From: Parcubacteria group bacterium Gr01-1014_30
Lineage (GTDB): Bacteria > Patescibacteriota > Minisyncoccia > Minisyncoccales > 2-12-FULL-40-12
NCBI GenBank assembly: GCA_007376185.1
Contig: VMFS01000003.1
Span: 89,983-153,982 of the forward strand
Length of the DNA: 64,000 nucleotides
Direction: 5' to 3'
The notes below the pieces were generated by a model. The model ran no database searches, was not told the origin of the DNA, and saw only the letters and a list, made by a program, of their open reading frames with translations. Position numbers and translations under genes: made by a program. How positions within the stretch are numbered: the first letter of the stretch is position 1; every line of letters starts with the position of its first letter. Shown in pieces: positions 60,383 to 64,000 of this stretch.

Positions 60383-61048
60383 ATGCCAAAAATTAAGGAC
60401 TTACCAAAAATTGAAAGGCCAAGAGAAAAACTCGAGAAATACGGACCAGAGCGGCTTTCGAATTCAGAGCTTTTGGCGATTCTTTTACGGACTGGCAGTG
60501 AGGGTGTGAATGTTGTTGAGCTTTCAAACAAAATTCTCAAAAAGTTCAGTGCTGTCGGATTAGCGAAATCTTCGGTCAAAGAACTAAAAAGCACCTTTGG
60601 ACTTGGCGCGGCTAAGGCATGTGAAATCGTGGCCTGCTTTGAGCTGGGCCGCCGGCTTCTTCAAAACAAGCAGTCAGTTTTACTGCTGTCGCCGCAAGAT
60701 GTTTGGGATCAATTGAAAGACATTCGCGACAATAAGAAAGAGCATTTTGTGATTTTCTTTTTGGATGCTCGAAATCAGGAAATTAAACGAGAGATCATCT
60801 CGGTTGGCTCTCTTAACGCCAATCTTGTTCATCCACGAGAAGTATTCGAGCCAGCAGTTCGGCATTTAGCCGCGCAGGTTATTATCGCTCATAATCATCC
60901 AGCCGGAGATCCAGCACCATCCAGTGCTGATTTAGAAATAACGAAACGGCTTGTTGAAGCCGGGAAAATATTGGGGATCAAGGTATTGAATCACATTATA
61001 ATTACCAAAGAGAATTATTTTAGTTTTCAGGACAAGGGTTTAATTTAA
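60383..61048 (+). CDS. radC: RadC-family JAB/MPN domain protein
   Basis: N-terminal HhH (ELLAILLRTG). JAMM motif AHNHPAGDPAPSSAD. Confidence 0.85.
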   Translation: MPKIKDLPKIERPREKLEKYGPERLSNSELLAILLRTGSEGVNVVELSNKILKKFSAVGLAKSSVKELKSTFGLGAAKACEIVACFELGRRLLQNKQSVLLLSPQDVWDQLKDIRDNKKEHFVIFFLDARNQEIKREIISVGSLNANLVHPREVFEPAVRHLAAQVIIAHNHPAGDPAPSSADLEITKRLVEAGKILGIKVLNHIIITKENYFSFQDKGLI

Positions 61049-61062
61049 CCTCACGAATCATC

Positions 61063-63105
61063 ATGGCTACTTATCATCAAATCTCAAATACGATCTGGAA
61101 CATTGCGAACCACTTGCGAGGCGGGTGGAAGGCGCATGAATATCAAGATGTTATTTTGCCACTCACGGTTCTAAAACGGCTCGATGCTGTTCTTGAGCCG
61201 ACCAAACAAAAAACCCTTGAGAGATACAACGAACTTCACGGCAAGGTAAATAACCTAAACATTTTATGCCGCGTTACCGGCTACAATTTTTACAACACTT
61301 CTCAGTTCACCTTTAAAAATCTTTTAGAAGATCCAACGCACATTGCCAGAAATTTAGAAAAGTATATTGATGGCTTTTCGCCGAATGTAAAGGAAATTTT
61401 TGAAAAGTTTGAGTTTTATCGTCAGCTCGAGCGGCTTCATGGTTCAAATATTTTATACTTGATTTTGCAGGAGTTTGATAAAATTGATCTTCATCCAGAG
61501 CGCGTGCCTAACCATATCATTGGTCTTGCGTTTGAGGACCTGATTCGTCGCTTTGCCGAGCAATCCAATGAAACCGCTGGGGAGCACTACACACCGCGTG
61601 ATGTTGTGCGATTAATGGCTGCGCTTATTTTCACCGGCGAAGAAAAAGAACTTTCCAAACCCGGCAAGGTTATTACCATTTACGATCCCGCCTGTGGCAC
61701 CGGCGGCATGCTTTCCATTGGCTCGGATTATGTTAAGGAAAACATAAATTCAGAGATTAAAGCGCATCTTTTTGGACAGGAATTAAATCCAGTTACCTTT
61801 GCGATTTGCAAAGCGGACATACTTTTACAAAACGAGGGAAAGGACCCGGAGGGCATCAAGGGTGGCGAAAAAGAGAACGACAAGGCAAGTACGCTTTCCA
61901 ACGATCAGCACGCGGACAAAAAGTTTGACTACATTATTTCCAATCCTCCTTATGGCGTGGAGTGGAAAAAAGATAAAGAGGTGGTAGAACATGAGGCTGA
62001 AAGAGGGCTTGCCGGCCGATTTGGCGCGGGACTCCCGCGCATTTCCGACGGACAATTTCTTTTTATTCAGCACGCGATTTCTAAATTTAGGCCAAAGACG
62101 GATGGCGGGAGTAATGCCGCGATTATTACCAATGGCTCACCGCTCTTTACGGGGGATGCTGGTGGCGGAGAAAGCGAAATCCGCCGGTGGATACTGAAGA
62201 ATAATTTACTTGAAGCAATAGTCGCTATGCCAGAACAGCTATTCTTTAATACTGGCATTGCTACTTATATTTGGATTTTCTCAAACCGAAAAGACGCGGA
62301 AAGAAAGGGCAAGATTCAGCTTGTAGATGCGCGGAAGATTCGGACTCAACTTCGCCGCAATCTCGGCGCAAAGCGTTATGAGATCAGCGAAGAGAACGCA
62401 AAAGAAATTCTCAAGTTATATTCCGAATTCAAAGAAAACGAGCGTTGCAAGATTTTTCCAAACACAGAGTTTGCCTATCGTGAAATTACTATCCAACGGC
62501 CATTGCGGCTTAAATTTGAAATAACCGACGAATCGCTCACGCGCCTTAAAGAACATAAGGATTTTATGAATGACCGACCGAGTAAAAAGAGCGGCGAAAA
62601 AGGTGAAGCAGAAAATAAAGCATGGCGGAAATTGCGTGTAGCAATTTATGAGATTTTAGAGACGATGCGCGGCAAGAAGTATGTGTCGCGCTCGGAATTC
62701 TTGAAAAAACTTGAAGTGGAGGCGAAGAAACAAGAGATTAAAATTCCCAAGAAAACGCTAAAAACAATTTGGCAGGAAATCGGCGAACGCGACGAAGACG
62801 CAGAAATTTGCTATGACGAAGACGGCAAATTAGAGCCAGACAAAGAATTAAAGGATTTTGAGCGCGTGCTATGGGGACAGGATATTCATGATTATTTTGA
62901 AAGAGAAGTGAAACCCTACGCGCCGGATGCATGGATAGATGAAACCGTGCATGACGCAAAAGACGGCAAAATCGGTATCGTTGGTTACGAGATTCCCTTT
63001 ACGCGCTATTTCTATGAGTACAAACCGCTCCGGCCGCTTGAGAAAATTAGTGCGGAGATAAAAACGCTGGAAAACGAAATCACGGGGATGCTAACCGATC
63101 TTTAA
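61063..63105 (+). CDS. hsdM: Type I restriction-modification methyltransferase subunit HsdM
   Basis: HsdM N-terminal domain. DPACGTGGML (motif I). NPPYG (motif IV). Confidence 0.9.
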   Translation: MATYHQISNTIWNIANHLRGGWKAHEYQDVILPLTVLKRLDAVLEPTKQKTLERYNELHGKVNNLNILCRVTGYNFYNTSQFTFKNLLEDPTHIARNLEKYIDGFSPNVKEIFEKFEFYRQLERLHGSNILYLILQEFDKIDLHPERVPNHIIGLAFEDLIRRFAEQSNETAGEHYTPRDVVRLMAALIFTGEEKELSKPGKVITIYDPACGTGGMLSIGSDYVKENINSEIKAHLFGQELNPVTFAICKADILLQNEGKDPEGIKGGEKENDKASTLSNDQHADKKFDYIISNPPYGVEWKKDKEVVEHEAERGLAGRFGAGLPRISDGQFLFIQHAISKFRPKTDGGSNAAIITNGSPLFTGDAGGGESEIRRWILKNNLLEAIVAMPEQLFFNTGIATYIWIFSNRKDAERKGKIQLVDARKIRTQLRRNLGAKRYEISEENAKEILKLYSEFKENERCKIFPNTEFAYREITIQRPLRLKFEITDESLTRLKEHKDFMNDRPSKKSGEKGEAENKAWRKLRVAIYEILETMRGKKYVSRSEFLKKLEVEAKKQEIKIPKKTLKTIWQEIGERDEDAEICYDEDGKLEPDKELKDFERVLWGQDIHDYFEREVKPYAPDAWIDETVHDAKDGKIGIVGYEIPFTRYFYEYKPLRPLEKISAEIKTLENEITGMLTDL

Positions 63106-63107
63106 TT

Positions 63108-63536
63108 ATGGAAAAGCAAATCGTCATCCAGAAATTAAATCAGGCATTGAACGAACTGTACAAGCGCGATTTTGTTTTGATAGAAAATAAAACCGAAGAA
63201 GAAACCATTATAGCTCAGTTGATTGCATACCTAAGACCACTTTTTGACAGCTGGAATGTTGATCCGGAATATAACCGCGATGGCAGAGAAACAAAGCGGG
63301 ATTCTGCGGGCAACCAAATTTTTCCAGATATTTTGATACATCACCGAACGCCCGACAGAGAAGAAAGATATTCCCCTGAAAATAATTTAGCTACAGCAGA
63401 GGTAAAGGGTTATTGGAATACAGAAGATAGAAGTAAGGATACGAGAAAATTGCTTGATATGAGAAAGCATTACGGCTATCAATACCTTTTTCGTATTGAG
63501 CTTGGCAAAGATGCTGGAAAGCTAATTGAAGTCTAA
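63108..63536 (+). CDS. Hypothetical protein with a PD-(D/E)xK-like motif
   Basis: 142 aa between hsdM and hsdS. FPDILIHH ... AEVKG spacing fits a PD...ExK nuclease core. Confidence 0.4.
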   Translation: MEKQIVIQKLNQALNELYKRDFVLIENKTEEETIIAQLIAYLRPLFDSWNVDPEYNRDGRETKRDSAGNQIFPDILIHHRTPDREERYSPENNLATAEVKGYWNTEDRSKDTRKLLDMRKHYGYQYLFRIELGKDAGKLIEV

Positions 63537-63538
63537 AT

Positions 63539-64000
63539 ATGCCCACAGCCACAAAATACGAATCATATCCCAAATATAAACCCTCCGGCATTGACTGGCT
63601 TGGGCGGATTCCTGACGGATGGAATGTTGAATATATGAAAAATTTTGGCCGTTTTGAATCGAGCGGTATTGATAAAAAAATTATTGAGGGCGAACCGCTT
63701 ATTCAGATGGTTAACTACACCGACATATACGGGAACGAATCTCGTGTGGTAGATAGTAATAGAGAACTTATGACTGTTAGTTGCCCGGCCTGGAAGGTAT
63801 CGGAAGCAAACCTCATTAAAGGCGACCTTGTTTTTACTCCGAGCTCCGAAACAATAGAAGACATTGGACTGTCGGCTTTGATCTCTGGAGATCTTAAAAA
63901 TACTGTTTTTAGTTATCATGTGATCAGATTTCGTTTTTCCGAAAAACTTGATCACGGATTTAAGAAATATTTGTGCAATAACAATTTTGTATTGCAGCAG
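63539..64000 (+). CDS. hsdS: Type I R-M specificity subunit HsdS, 3' end runs off the window
   Basis: ATG lies 2 nt after the previous stop. 154 open codons to the window edge. N-terminal TRD-like pattern (GDLVFTPSSETIEDIG). Confidence 0.7.
   Translation, partial: MPTATKYESYPKYKPSGIDWLGRIPDGWNVEYMKNFGRFESSGIDKKIIEGEPLIQMVNYTDIYGNESRVVDSNRELMTVSCPAWKVSEANLIKGDLVFTPSSETIEDIGLSALISGDLKNTVFSYHVIRFRFSEKLDHGFKKYLCNNNFVLQQ

Overview
This is a compact 64-kb chromosomal fragment, mostly plus-strand, with GC in the low-to-mid 40s % by eye (not computed). The gene content looks like a small-genome uncultivated bacterium, CPR/Patescibacteria-like; that assignment is inference.

Recognisable content:
- A MacAB-type ABC exporter.
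- A full suf operon (sufBCDSU plus an ArsR-type regulator) and a second cysteine desulfurase.
- mnmA.
- A redox cluster: DsbA-like protein, cupredoxin, SOD, ferredoxin, TrxB, glutaredoxin-like protein.
- Central carbon genes: zwf, pgi, galT, tpiA, eno, gpm-like, gap, acs, ppsA, and a GH15 hydrolase.
- gdh and guaA.
- Riboflavin genes and ftsZ.
- The rplO-secY-adk-map block, rpmB, and rpsL-rpsG.
- tRNA-Ala(UGC) and tRNA-Pro(GGG).
- Three toxin-antitoxin pairs.
- A RadC plus type I R-M island at the right edge.
- No rRNA genes and no CRISPR arrays.

Two things stand out.

1. Three paralogous, self-contained cassettes lie at 13473-14314, 16546-17282 and 38696-39670.
   - Each has a sigma-70-like promoter and a conserved structured leader.
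   - Each carries a markedly GC-rich ORF of 157-213 codons; the ORFs are mutually divergent.
   - Each has a conserved trailer and hairpin terminator.
   - A 9-10 nt box in the leader is complementary to a box spanning the stop codon.
   - One copy sits next to a reverse-transcriptase remnant.
   - I cannot assign the RNA blocks or the proteins to any family I know. This is my best candidate for an undescribed system.

2. The window is peppered with several families of short palindromic, MITE-like elements.
   - Many have 4-5 bp direct flanking repeats.
   - Many carry a GCGAAGC/GCTTCGC apex.
   - Several are inserted in-frame inside conserved genes (ftsZ twice, a PBP5-type peptidase, GH15, pgi, trxB, mnmA, an ABC ATPase). 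This is reminiscent of Rickettsia palindromic elements.
   - Others sit exactly at stop codons and regenerate a TTGAC(A) -35 box for the downstream gene.

All coordinates and alignments were done by hand from the sequence.
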